A DNA stretch of 64,000 nucleotides from Plasmodiophora brassicae (Eukaryota): assembly GCA_036867785.1 (NCBI GenBank), contig CP145413.1, positions 1,426,001 through 1,490,000 of the forward strand, given 5' to 3'. Below, piece after piece: positions 22,272 through 33,036 of the stretch. The first letter of the stretch is position 1. Every line of letters starts with the position of its first letter. The notes under the pieces are model-generated. The model was not told where the DNA came from and searched no databases. It saw only the letters and a program-made list of their open reading frames with translations. The translations under genes and the position numbers were made by a program.

Positions 22272-23611
22272 TCGTCGACGATGGCCCTGATTCTCGACGA
22301 CGCTCGCTCCGTCATCGGCTTTGGTCGGGAGTCCAGGAAGACCAGGTCGAACGCGCGGACGAAGCAGTCGTGTGCGTGCCTCGAGCTCAGGCCGATCTCG
22401 ACGAGCGTGCGCGCCCCACAGTGCTGATCAGCGCCAGAGCGTGCTTGGACGGTTGCCAGCCGATTGGTCCGGCGCCCAACGACTGCAGCAGGTCGGCGAC
22501 GACGATGACATGCTCAGCCGGGTCGCGGTCGCCGTCGTCTCGTCCGGCGCCGACGTAGTTCAGCACTCGAGGGGCCCAGCGCCCGGGCGTGATACCCGAG
22601 GATGATGATTTGTTCCGGCGTGGACCACTTCGACAGGTCGATTGACGACGGCCACGCGTTTGACAGCGGCGTGCACCTGCGACGACAACCTCTTGTGACC
22701 CTTCGAAAGCTGGACGACTGCATCGACTGGCGCTGACTGGACCAGGCCTTTGTGAGGGTCGCTCTGGAACGAGTCCAGTCGATGCTCGCCCCGAGGGTCC
22801 GGCAACGAATGCAGAACGGCCCTGTATCAGGTCCAGCGCCTCCCACATGCAGTGGCGCCTCTTTCATCCCTGATTCGTCGAAGGCGGGGCCGCGTCCTGC
22901 CTGAACGCGTCCAGCAGCGACACTGAGCGTGATGCTAGCGGCAATGCGCTCAGAGTCATCGCGTCTGGATGCGTTCGCGAGTAGGCAGGACGTGCCCCTG
23001 CCTTCGACAAACCAGGGATCAAAGAAGCGCCACTGGATGCGGGTGGCGCTGGCCCTGATACAGGACGTTCTGCATTCGTCGCCGGACGGACAGGGCCTCT
23101 GCGTCAGCTCGATCGACTGTGGCTCGTTCCTGAGCGACCTGCACAATGCCGCGTTGATCCACTCTGCGCCAGCCGATGCTGTCGTCCCACTCTTCAAGGG
23201 CCACACGACGATGTCGACGCAGGTACACGCCGCTGTCAAACGCGGGACGGACGCGTGAACTGTCGGCGCCAGTCGAAGTGGTCCACGTTGGCGAAGAGTC
23301 TGACATGCGTGTATCACGCTCGGGCGCTGGGACCCGGCGTGCTGGCCCCCCTTCCTACGTCGACGCGGGCGAAATGACGGTGAACGAGATCCCGTAGAGC
23401 ATGTCATCATCGTCGTCGACATGCCGCAGTTGTTCGGCGCCGAACCAGTCGACTGGCATCCGCTCATGCACGTGCTCGCGCTGATCGGCGCCCTTAAGCG
23501 GCAAGCTAGATCGGCCTACGTTGTCCGCGCCGTCGAACTGGTCGTCCTTGGTTCCCAACCGAGGCCTATTGGTGAGCGGATATCGTCGACTATCAGGGCT
23601 ACTGTCGACGA
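22272..23611. repeat. ~1.35 kb imperfect palindrome of a decayed unknown gene (head-to-head), centre ~22938
   Basis: Arms align throughout, e.g. 22799 ccggcaacgaatgcagaacg vs cgttctgcattcgtcgccgg at ~23066-23085. Translations match (QSAPVDAVVQLSKGH vs HSAPADAVVPLFKGH; VRAFDLVFL vs VRAVELVVL). Loop ~5 nt; stops and frameshifts in both arms. Confidence 0.9.
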
Positions 23612-23950
23612 TATAGTCGCTGCGTATGTAGCCGCCATGCGCAAGCGCCGAGGCAACCGGTCTGACGACGACGCGACGCTTATGCAGACGGGGACCACTG
23701 CGGCGACCATGAATCCGCAAGATGGACGTGTGGGCTTGGGGCCCACCGGTTGGACGCGTATGGGCGTGGGATCCACAGGATGGGCACCGGAAGGGGGTAA
23801 TATAATCGTCGGGGATGGAGGAATGAAGGCGTCTATAGTTTCCCCACGGTAGCCTAACGTGGCCATTACGTCGTCGTGAATAACACACACAGGGACGAGG
23901 GCATGGAGATAAGCCACGATGCAAGCGCCATATCGAGTTCCTCTATGGAT

Positions 23951-24696
23951 GAGAGCATCGACCCAAGGCGAACAACCTGGATTCGACGTCGATTCTAACG
24001 TTGCGGGAAGCATACAACCGTTACGTCGCGAGCTTTGAGGATCGCGAAGCCCAGCGACCTCGAGGCCAACGATTAAGTACGTCTACAAAGTTATGCTTCG
24101 CCACCGTTCAACTGGAGGCAATCGCCGACAACCATTTGGACAGTAGCGGGGACGCGCTGACGGACGAGGCGCTGGACCAATGAATCGAAGACCAGATCTG
24201 GGCCTTGCCTACGAGCCGCGCCCTAAGGATCAAGGACATCGAATTCAACTGCCCATGGAGGCCTCCATGGTCACCCTCCGTGATCAAACCGCTTTCTTCC
24301 CGGACCAACATACCCGCCATCCAGGAGCGGCGGTAAGTCGGTCCGGGATGGAAGCGATTTGGTCATGGAGGGTGCCCATGGAGGTCTCCATGGACAGTTC
24401 ATCGGCGACATTGGACTCTATGTCCTTAATCCTCAGCCCGGGCGCTGATATCCATTGGTTTAGCGCCTCGTCCGTCCGCTCGTCCCCGCCACCGTCCAAG
24501 TAGAGATGGTTGCAAGCGCGGTGGCCTTCAATTGGACAGCGATGAAACACAACCTGGCGCCTTATGGACGTAGCCTTTGGCCACGTGGTCGCTAGGCTTC
24601 GCGATCCTCAACGATCGCGACGTAACGGCTGTAGGCTTCCCGCAACGTCAGAATCGACGTCGAGTCAAGGTTGTTCGCCTCGGGTGGGATGCGCTC
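23951..24696. repeat. ~750 bp imperfect palindrome (tail-to-tail) of a decayed ORF, possibly gag-like; centre ~24323
   Basis: Plus arm LDSTSILTLREAYNRYVASFEDREA...TDEALDQ...LRIKDIE; minus arm LDSTSILTLREAYSRYVAIVEDREA...TDEALNQW...LRIKDIE. The gag identity is a guess. Confidence 0.9.
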
Positions 24697-25219
24697 GAAT
24701 CGACGGTCATGGCGTTTCGTGACGTTCGTTGCGCCGCTGCTGCTGCTTGGCTCCATGGAATCGTAGTGCCATCCATGAGTGTCGTTCACAGAGACGTAGA
24801 CGACTCGCAGCTCTGCTCAACCTCACCGGCACTACCCGCTATCTGGTAGTCAAGGGCGGTCTCAGAGCGAATACCTACCTGGATCGATGTACTCGGCATC
24901 ACCCTCAGACGATGACGGCAAGTCGTGGCCGCTGATATTCGACATTGTCGTCCTGTATCTCCGTCCCTGGCCGGAGGTAGGGCGCATCATCCTGCAGCTG
25001 GGGCCCCACAACCTTTGCGCCTGTTTGTGTCAACTCATGTCCAGCAGAGACCACGACGCACAGGGACATCAGCGTGGCGCCACCAAACCACATCACGTAC
25101 ATGATCCTATGCAGTAGGGTCAACGATCGGGCGCATAGTGACAGGTACGGCGCCCTCGATCCTGACGCCTAGACACCGGCAACGCTAACAGCCACTACTC
25201 TAGTAGCAGACTGGCGCCA

Positions 25220-26717
25220 ATGCCGGCTGTCCTGATGGCATTCCTCGTGTGCGGTTGTGCTGTCGTTGACAGCTCGCTGACGTTCCCATTGGCGAACCCT
25301 GTTGTCCCCCTTGCTGCAGTGAACTTGTACGCAGCGACGATGACGTCGTTCCTGGGACCCCAGCCCGAGGACAATCCAACCAACATTACCGGAACCGTTG
25401 TACTGTTCATCGGCGACGCCTGCAAACCGGCCACGCTGCATGCACCAGGGAGGGTCCTGCTTGTCACGTCTGAAGCGTCCTCAAGAGCCGCGTGCTCTTT
25501 CGAAACAATTTACCTGTCCCTATACGCCACCGGTGCTGTTGCTGTTGTTTGTGAGCTCCCGCTTCAGGCTTCATGGCCGGGATTCTGACATTGGCCCTGC
25601 GACGTGATCAGGGCCAGCGGTGGATAACCTCCCGTCGATCTACGTGTACAGCCACGACGGATCGCGAGGTTCCCGAACTCGTCACCTTCCAATGTTGTTC
25701 CTGCGGGCTGGGCCCAGCAGCGACGTGTACGACACGCTGGTCACTCAGGCGCCCGGTCAGATCGCCGCCGTCTATCCCGATGTGAATGTCTGGCATGCCA
25801 CGTTCTCATCCTGGCAGTACCAGCTCTTCATTCGGGCGCTTCCCAGCGCGGTCTTGATTGCCTCCGGCACGATCGCTGCAGCGTATTCCACATTGCACCT
25901 GCGCCTGATCTATGAAGGATACGTGCATGATGTCCCGGCGGGGCGGCGCTCGGTCCCGAGATATGTGTTGTACCTCCGGCAATCAGTTGGACTGCCCCAT
26001 TACGTTCTGGCCATTGAGACGGTTACCGCCACCTTATGCGGCTCCGTGCTCGCCATCAACGGATTCTTCAGCACGCCGAACCTGGCGTTCCCCACCGCCA
26101 CCTATTTCATGACCTTGCTGAGCGGATGGAGCTTTGTCGCATCGCTGCTGTCGTCCGCCGTCTGGATTCGGCAAGCGGCTGGGCTGATCGACTCGAAAAC
26201 GTTCCTGACCCGCGTCTTACGTGGCGATCATCCACTGGTATTCGCTCTGATGGTGATCGTCCCGGTTGCAGTCGACACAGCCGTCAGCGTCGTCTGGTCA
26301 TCGTACATCTACACAGCACTGCTGTCGTCCATCGGAGCTGTCGTTCAGTTCCTGTCGCAGTTGACGGTCGGCGTGCACGTCCTGTTCACCGTCCTACGCT
26401 ACTACTGGTTCGTCCACGACGTTCAGTCGCTGTCGGTGCACGCGTCCGGCCGGCAGCCGGGTATGGACGACTTGCTGGCTCGTCTGAGTCGCTGCGCGCT
26501 GGGCATGTCCCTGTCCATGATCCTGATCTGCATTGGCACGGCGCTCATGGCGGTATCTACATCGTTCCTGTTCAGCCCGTCGGGATGGACGATCTGCTTC
26601 TCGCTCGCATACAACGGGCGTGCTCTGGACAGCGTCTTCCGAGTCGCCATGTTTCGGCCGCGGACGGCCACGTGGCCACAGATCACGAAGCGGCAGGTTG
26701 CCCAGATTTTACGCTGA
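25220..26717 (+). CDS. PA-7TM family copy 3
   Basis: MPAVLMAFLVCGCAVVDS; PA-like exon; phase-1 intron 25551-25611; 7TM exon ending YNGRALDSVFRVAMFRP. Confidence 0.85.
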
Positions 26718-27105
26718 CGAGGTTGTAGCGGGTACATTATCGTTGAAATACGCCGTTAAAGGGGTTAACGCTGGAAGACCTACGATAGCGGCCGGCGGAA
26801 TGGGGCATACAGTATTGCCGATCGAGCGACACCCGTTTCTAACAAGAAACCATCCACTAACTGGGCGCCCTCCAGTGGTTCGCAAGAGCCGGAACAAGCC
26901 ATGGACCCTAAACGACATAGCGAAGGAATCATACGGTTTACAAACGGCGACTTGTGCAAATTGAATGTAGATTACCAGCGCCTACGACACGGGTGAATGT
27001 TGATCTCGCAACCGTACTGCAGGCGATACAGTGCTCGAGATCGCGTATGCCCGGCGGTACGATCCCGCAAATCAGGTGGATCAAGAGGGAGAGTCGCCGA
27101 GCAGC

Positions 27106-28631
27106 ATGGCTGGCAGACCGTCGCCTCTGTCGGTCTGCCTGCTGGCGGGATTAGCACTCAAAACTGCCCTGGTCAACAGTTCGCTGACATTCTCGGCACC
27201 GCCCGGCAACCCTGTTGACGGGTTGACCCTCTACACAACAGCATTAACCGCTTTCCTAGGGCCTCAGCCCGAAGACGCAGCCAGCGCGAGGAGAGGACCC
27301 GTGGTATTGTTCAGCGGCGACGTTTGCAAACCAGTCACAACGCGGGTCCCCGGTAGCGTCATCATCGTCACGGATGAAGCGACGGCGGTCGCTGCATGCC
27401 CTTTCGAGACTCGATACCTTACCCTGTATGAAACCGGTGCGGTCGCAGTCATTTGTGAGTGCGCGTTCAGGTGCCCGGCGCACACCAGTGCGGGCTGATG
27501 TATACGACGATCTCAGGGCCCCTGATCGACAGCCTCCCATGTGTGTATCTCTACAGCAACGACGGGGCCAAAGGTGCCCGCACTCGCCACCTCCCAATGC
27601 TGTTCCTGCAGATCGGCCCCAGCAGCGACCTGTACAGCACCCTGGCCACGCACGCGCCTGGACATAACGTCACCGCTTTCCCCGATGCCAACGTCTGGGA
27701 GGCCACGTTCGGATCATGGTACTACCAGCTGTTCATCCGCATCCTGCCTGGCGCGATCTTGATTGGCTCGGGTTGCGCTGCCGTATCGTTCTTCGCTGCC
27801 CACATGCGCATCATCAACGAGAAGTATGAGAACGCCGTCCCGGCGGAACGTCGTTCCCGTTTGCGGTGGCTCGCGTTCGTCCGACGATCCGCTGGCCTGC
27901 CGCACGCCGTCCTGGCCATCGAAATGGTCACGGCGACGTCGTGTGGTATCGTCCTGGCCGTCGGTGGCTTCCAAAGCACGCCGGATCTGCCGTTCCCTGT
28001 CGTCGCGTACTTCATGACCCTGTTCGGCGGGTGGAGCTTCACGTCGTCGCTCCTGGCGGCATCCACCTGGATTCGGCACATCATGGAGCATTCAGAGTCG
28101 CAGTCGTGGCTGACGCGCGTCTTACGAGGTGACTACAAGGTCGTTTCCGTCCTGCTCATCGTCGTCCCCGTTGCGTCGGACACGGCCGCCAGTGCCGTCT
28201 GGTCCACATACCGCTACTCGGCTGCACTGTCGGCCACCACATCGGGTATCTTGTTCCTGCTTCAGCTGACGGTCGGCGTGCACGTCCTGGTGATCGTCCT
28301 GCGATACTGCTATTTGGTCAGCGACGTGCAGTCACAACTAGTGGTACCTGGCCGCGAGCCGCGCATGGACGCCTTCCTCAAACGTCTGACCCGCTGCGCC
28401 CTGGGCATGTCCCTGTCCATGGTCCTGATCTGCGTCGGGACCGCGCTGGCCTCATCGGTATCGTTCCTGAACATCCCGACGGGATGGACGACCTGTTTCG
28501 CGTTGGCTTACAACGGGCGGGCATTGGACACGGCGTTCCGGGTGGCCATGTTCCGGCCACGAGGGTCTCGCTTCACTGCGCCGACGAACCAGCCGCAGAC
28601 GGTGAAGAACCCCACCGATCCGGCGAATTGA
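27106..28631 (+). CDS. PA-7TM family copy 4
   Basis: MAGRPSPLSVCLLAGLAL; intron 27455-27516; YNGRALDTAFRVAMFRP. Confidence 0.85.
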
Positions 28632-28758
28632 CGTCGTTGCATAAACGGGCGTCATCAACACCTGGATTCAAGTCGACCTCCGCGTTGCCGGGTGCAAACG
28701 CATGAACGGTCAAGTTTAGCCAGGAAGAATTCCGTGCCGACCGTCGATACGAACGGTC

Positions 28759-30066
28759 ATGGGCGGCCAGTCTGCCATGCTGCGCCTGCTGATCACCGGT
28801 GGGGATAACATGTTCGGGCGTGCAATCCAGCTGAGCTGCTGGGCGCAATCGCCGGGCGACGACGACGTCCGCGATTCGCAACGGGCCGTCGACTACCTTC
28901 GCGCGTGCCTCGCGTGCGAAGGTGCAGACGACGCGCCTCTGCCGCTGTCGAGTATTCGCGAGATGAACCGCACCGGGGCGTACCTGTGGGGCGACTACCT
29001 GGGTCTGGCGCTTCGTCCGCCGCCCGACCTGCGCCTGTTCAACCTGGAGACCGCCGTCTGCACCACGCTCGACAACGACGACGTCCCGTACTTCAAGGGC
29101 ATCAACTACCATCTCCACAGCGACAACCTGCGCGACGTCCTGTCGTCGTACGCCAGCGAGACGCACGGCGACGCGGAGCCGTCGCCCTACGTGATCTCGT
29201 TCGCCAACAACCACACGATGGATTTCGGGCGGAAGGCCTTCGACGACGAAACAATGCCGATGATGCGGAAGCATTCCTATAACGCTGTCGGCGCCGGGGA
29301 GACGATTCGCGAAGCGGCAAGGCCCGTGGAATTCGTCCTGGGTGGGGAGTGCCACGTCCAGGTATTCGCCATGGGGGCGGCCTGCTCAGGGACGAGTTAC
29401 GAGTGGGCAGCGCGCCCAGATCGCAGCGGCGTCTTCTGGGTCCCTGGCCTGACGTCGGGGGCGTCGGTGGACCGCGCCTTCGACGCGATTCATGCCGCGT
29501 TGGGTCAGCACCCGAAGCGCGGTGATCGTTCCGTTCGCATCGTGTCCATCCACTGGGGCCCGAACTGGGCCTATCGGTACGGGCCCGACGACGGCCAGGC
29601 GTACCGTCGTCAGCTGGCGCACCGGCTGATCGACGACGCGGGCGTGGATATCATCTATGGGCACTCGTCGCACCACGTTCGCGGCCTGGAGCGCTACAGG
29701 GGCAAGCTGATTCTGTACGGGGCCGGCGACCTCGTCAACGATTACTTTTGTTTCGAGAACCTGGGCGACGAGCCGTACAATAAGCTGGGCGCTCTCTACG
29801 TCGTCGATGTGGATCCCGGTTCAGGCGACCTGCGACGCGTGCAACTGATCCCTATGTTCATGGATCGCCTGCGTCTGCGGCGCCTGCAACGCGGCAGCAG
29901 GATCTGGGACGCCCGGCGGCATCGCCTGAGGCCACCGGACCCGAACGCCGTCGACGAGTTTCGCGAATTCGTCAACCGCCTGTCGTTCCTGGATTCGTCG
30001 GCAGGGAATGCACTCAAGTTTCGCGCCGCCGACGACGCTCATGGCCCCACCTTAGTCTATCCTTGA
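28759..30066 (+). CDS. CapA / PGA_cap family calcineurin-like metallophosphoesterase, intronless
   Basis: GDNMFGR, NLETAV, ANNHTMDFG, SIHWGPNW, YGHSSHH, GKLILYGAGDLVNDY. Confidence 0.9.
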   Translation: MGGQSAMLRLLITGGDNMFGRAIQLSCWAQSPGDDDVRDSQRAVDYLRACLACEGADDAPLPLSSIREMNRTGAYLWGDYLGLALRPPPDLRLFNLETAVCTTLDNDDVPYFKGINYHLHSDNLRDVLSSYASETHGDAEPSPYVISFANNHTMDFGRKAFDDETMPMMRKHSYNAVGAGETIREAARPVEFVLGGECHVQVFAMGAACSGTSYEWAARPDRSGVFWVPGLTSGASVDRAFDAIHAALGQHPKRGDRSVRIVSIHWGPNWAYRYGPDDGQAYRRQLAHRLIDDAGVDIIYGHSSHHVRGLERYRGKLILYGAGDLVNDYFCFENLGDEPYNKLGALYVVDVDPGSGDLRRVQLIPMFMDRLRLRRLQRGSRIWDARRHRLRPPDPNAVDEFREFVNRLSFLDSSAGNALKFRAADDAHGPTLVYP

Positions 30067-30198
30067 ATCGGCACCTGCCAGTGGCCCATCCCCTGTGTTT
30101 GCATACCTAGTGACCCGCATCGTAAACGTAACGAGCCATACGATCATCTGGGCTGCACATCCGGCCATTGCTGGCCGGGCGGATGGCGGTGGGCAATC

Positions 30199-32000
30199 AG
30201 CGGGTGGTGCTCCAGTTAGGACTCGACCGTCCCCAACGCAGCTGGTTTAGTATTCCTAGCGGAACAGCCCTATGTCGTCATGGACCCTGTCGTCGTGGAA
30301 TCGGTTGCCGACAGCGACGTGTTTGCGCCAACGAACTCGGCGATACCTGTTTGCGTGAACGTGAATTGCCGACCCACTAGACAATTATTATTGCTAATTG
30401 ACCTTGACCGTACCTGTGCGGCGTCTCGCGGCCTGTTGTTAGCCAGTCTAAACGACCAATTTGTACCTGTTCGCACACGGCAAGAAATGCTTCCCAGCGA
30501 CTCGTTGCCGATACTGATAGCATTGCTCGCGGTCCTGGCGGCCGACAGGGCAACCGTGGACAGTTCGGTGGTGTTCCCATCGGCGATGCCCGGCAGCCCC
30601 CTTGCCGGGCTGGCATTGTACGCGGCGACGTTGACGTCCTTTGTGGGACCCCAACCGGGTGACGTGTCCAACGGCACCAGGAGCGGGCCAGTTGTCCTGT
30701 ACAGCGGTGACATGTGCCGCCCAGTTGGGTTGCACGCTCCCGGAAGCATCATACTCGTCAGGCCGGGAAGCGCATTGGACTCCTGGTGCTCCTTCGAGAC
30801 CCAGTACCTGGCATTCTACGGTACAGGCGCCAGCGCTGTCATTTGTCGGTGTCCACAATAGGCGTGTCGCGCTCTGGATCCCTGTCTAACGCGACCTGCA
30901 TCAGGGCCGATGGTTGACGAGGTGCCGTCCAACCGTATGTACGAAAACGATGGGTCCCGAGGTTCGCGTACTCGGCACCTTCCCATGCTGTATCTACAGA
31001 TCGGACCCAGCAGCGATACGCTGGACGTCCTCGTTGCACACGCGCCCGGCCAGTATGCGACCGTCTATCCCGACGTCAACGTCTGGCAGGCCACATACAC
31101 GTCGTGGTACTACCAGTTCTTCGTCCGTATATTGCCCAGCACTGTATTGATCGGTTCCGGCTGCCTGGCGTCCGTGTTCCTTGTTCTCCACATGCGCCTC
31201 ATCACTGCCCGGTACAAGCAGGACGTACCGATGGCACGGCAGTCGCTGGCGAATCGAATCACTTACGTTCGGCGTGCACTTGGTATGGTGCACGCCGTCC
31301 TGGCAATCGATGCGGTGACGGACACGATCTCTGGTATTGTCCTGGCCGCGGGCGGGTTCTTCAGCACACCGAACCTGCCCCACTCCGTCGTTGTGTTCTT
31401 CCTGACCCTGCTTGGCGGGTGGAGCTTTGCATCGACCCTCTTGTCGGCGTCGGTCTGGATTCGGCAGCTGACCAAGATCATCAGTTCGGATTCGGTACTG
31501 ACCCGTGTCATGCGAGGGGATCACCCGCTGGCGTTCGCGTTGATGCTCACGATACCGGCTGCCGTGGACACATCGATCAGCGCGCTCTGGTTTACAAATT
31601 ACTATTCCGGTGCGTCTGCTGGCATCGCCGGCGGAATTCTGTTCTTGTTTCAGTGCACGGTGGGCCTGCATGTCCTGGCCTCGGTCCTGCGCTACTTCAT
31701 GTTCATCAACGAGGTGCACGGGCGGACCGGTGGCGTGGAACGGCGCCGCCCTGGCATGGACGCGTTGCTGGCCCGGCTGAGTCGCTACGCTCTGGGTATA
31801 TCACTGTCCATGATCATGGTCTGCAGCGGGACAGCCCTGTCGGCTGTTTCAGTCCGGTTCGTGAACAGCCCGTTAGGGTGGACGTTGTGTTTCTCGTTGG
31901 GGTACAATGGCCGAGCGTTGCATTCCGCCTTCCGAGTCGCTATGTTCATGCCCAAACGACGCACCGGGGCACCGCCGACCAGTGTCGAGCGTGTCACCGT
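30199..32000 (+). repeat. Segmental direct repeat B1 (copy 5 plus ~290 bp upstream), partner 35229-37025
   Basis: Both start agcgggtggtgctccagttaggactc and stay highly similar through upstream region, intron and CDS. Confidence 0.9.
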
Positions 32001-32034
32001 TATACCAAAGGCGTCCTCCAAGAGGCCGCTCTAA
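30487..32034 (+). CDS. PA-7TM family copy 5
   Basis: MLPSDSLPILIALLAVLAA; intron 30845-30904; 7TM exon. Confidence 0.85.
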
Positions 32035-32280
32035 AGCCAGGAAACCCGGATTCCCATCGCCGAAAAGCAAACAACCATACACGTACATGGTTTCGTTCGC
32101 GTTCCGCGATTGTGTTGACAGAATTATCTACCTCGTCATAGCGATACAACCGCGTATGGTGCCCGCGAACACGATTCACCAACCTGATACAGTTGCTCTC
32201 GTGAATCAGGCGACGTCCTCAAGGAGGGGGACGGTTTCGTATGTCCTGCCTGGTGACGTTTTAAACCCGACCTTGCCCTA

Positions 32281-32530
32281 GACATGATCGAGGAGGGCCT
32301 GGAGATCGTCGATTCGTGTTACGCGCAGGCGGTTTGTAAGTACAAGCTGGGGTTGCTGTCCGAATCCGCCGAATACGTCGCCCGCGTCCTGAAGCTCGAC
32401 CCGCATAACGAGAAGGCGTCGGCGCTGCGGGAGTGCTCGAGGACGCCGCCTCGAAACAGGGCAAGCTGACCGCCCTGCTCCTCATCTTCGGGTCGTTCCT
32501 CGGCGCCGTCGCCTTCCACGCCAACGTCGT
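32281..32530 (+). pseudogene. Fragment resembling mitochondrial fission protein Fis1 (TPR and TM tail)
   Basis: IEEGLEI...YAQAVCKYKLGLLSESAEYVARVLKLDPHNEKASALRE, then a frameshifted hydrophobic LIFGSFLGAVAF. Confidence 0.5.
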
Positions 32531-33036
32531 CAAACCGTGGCTCGCTGGACGTCGTTAAACCTGTGTCAATGTACCGCCCTCCCCCGTCAATGTGCACAGA
32601 CGCGTTTCGTGAATTATGATACGGAGCGTAGAGGCGAGAAGAAGACGTCGGCGGCACCGATCAGGCGCAGGAGGTACGTACGGATGTGTCGTTCCCGAAT
32701 TCAACTCACTTGCCCCATCCAAGCAGCGCCCGCCGGACACCGCCTCTCCGGCGCCGCCCAATTTCTCCTCAACATCCACGAGACGTCGTACGGCTGGTAA
32801 TACTATTTGTGCCCGCCACCGGAACGCACATGACAACCTTCACGGGACCGGGGATCAACCGTCAGCATGATCGGAACGGGTCGAGCCAGCTGGACAGTTG
32901 AAAGAACATGCGCGGAAAAGGGGGGCTGGAACATGCCCATTGGTGGACCGAGCGCCAACGGCATTCGGCTGCCTAATTGCTGGGCACACACGGCGCGTTG
33001 CGAGACTGGTAATCATCAGCGATCGAACGGCTCTAC

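Noticed and set aside
24905-25123. Short minus ORF with a hydrophobic start ending RLAVIV, reminiscent of a glycosyltransferase start
   Set aside because: Too short and interrupted to support a call.
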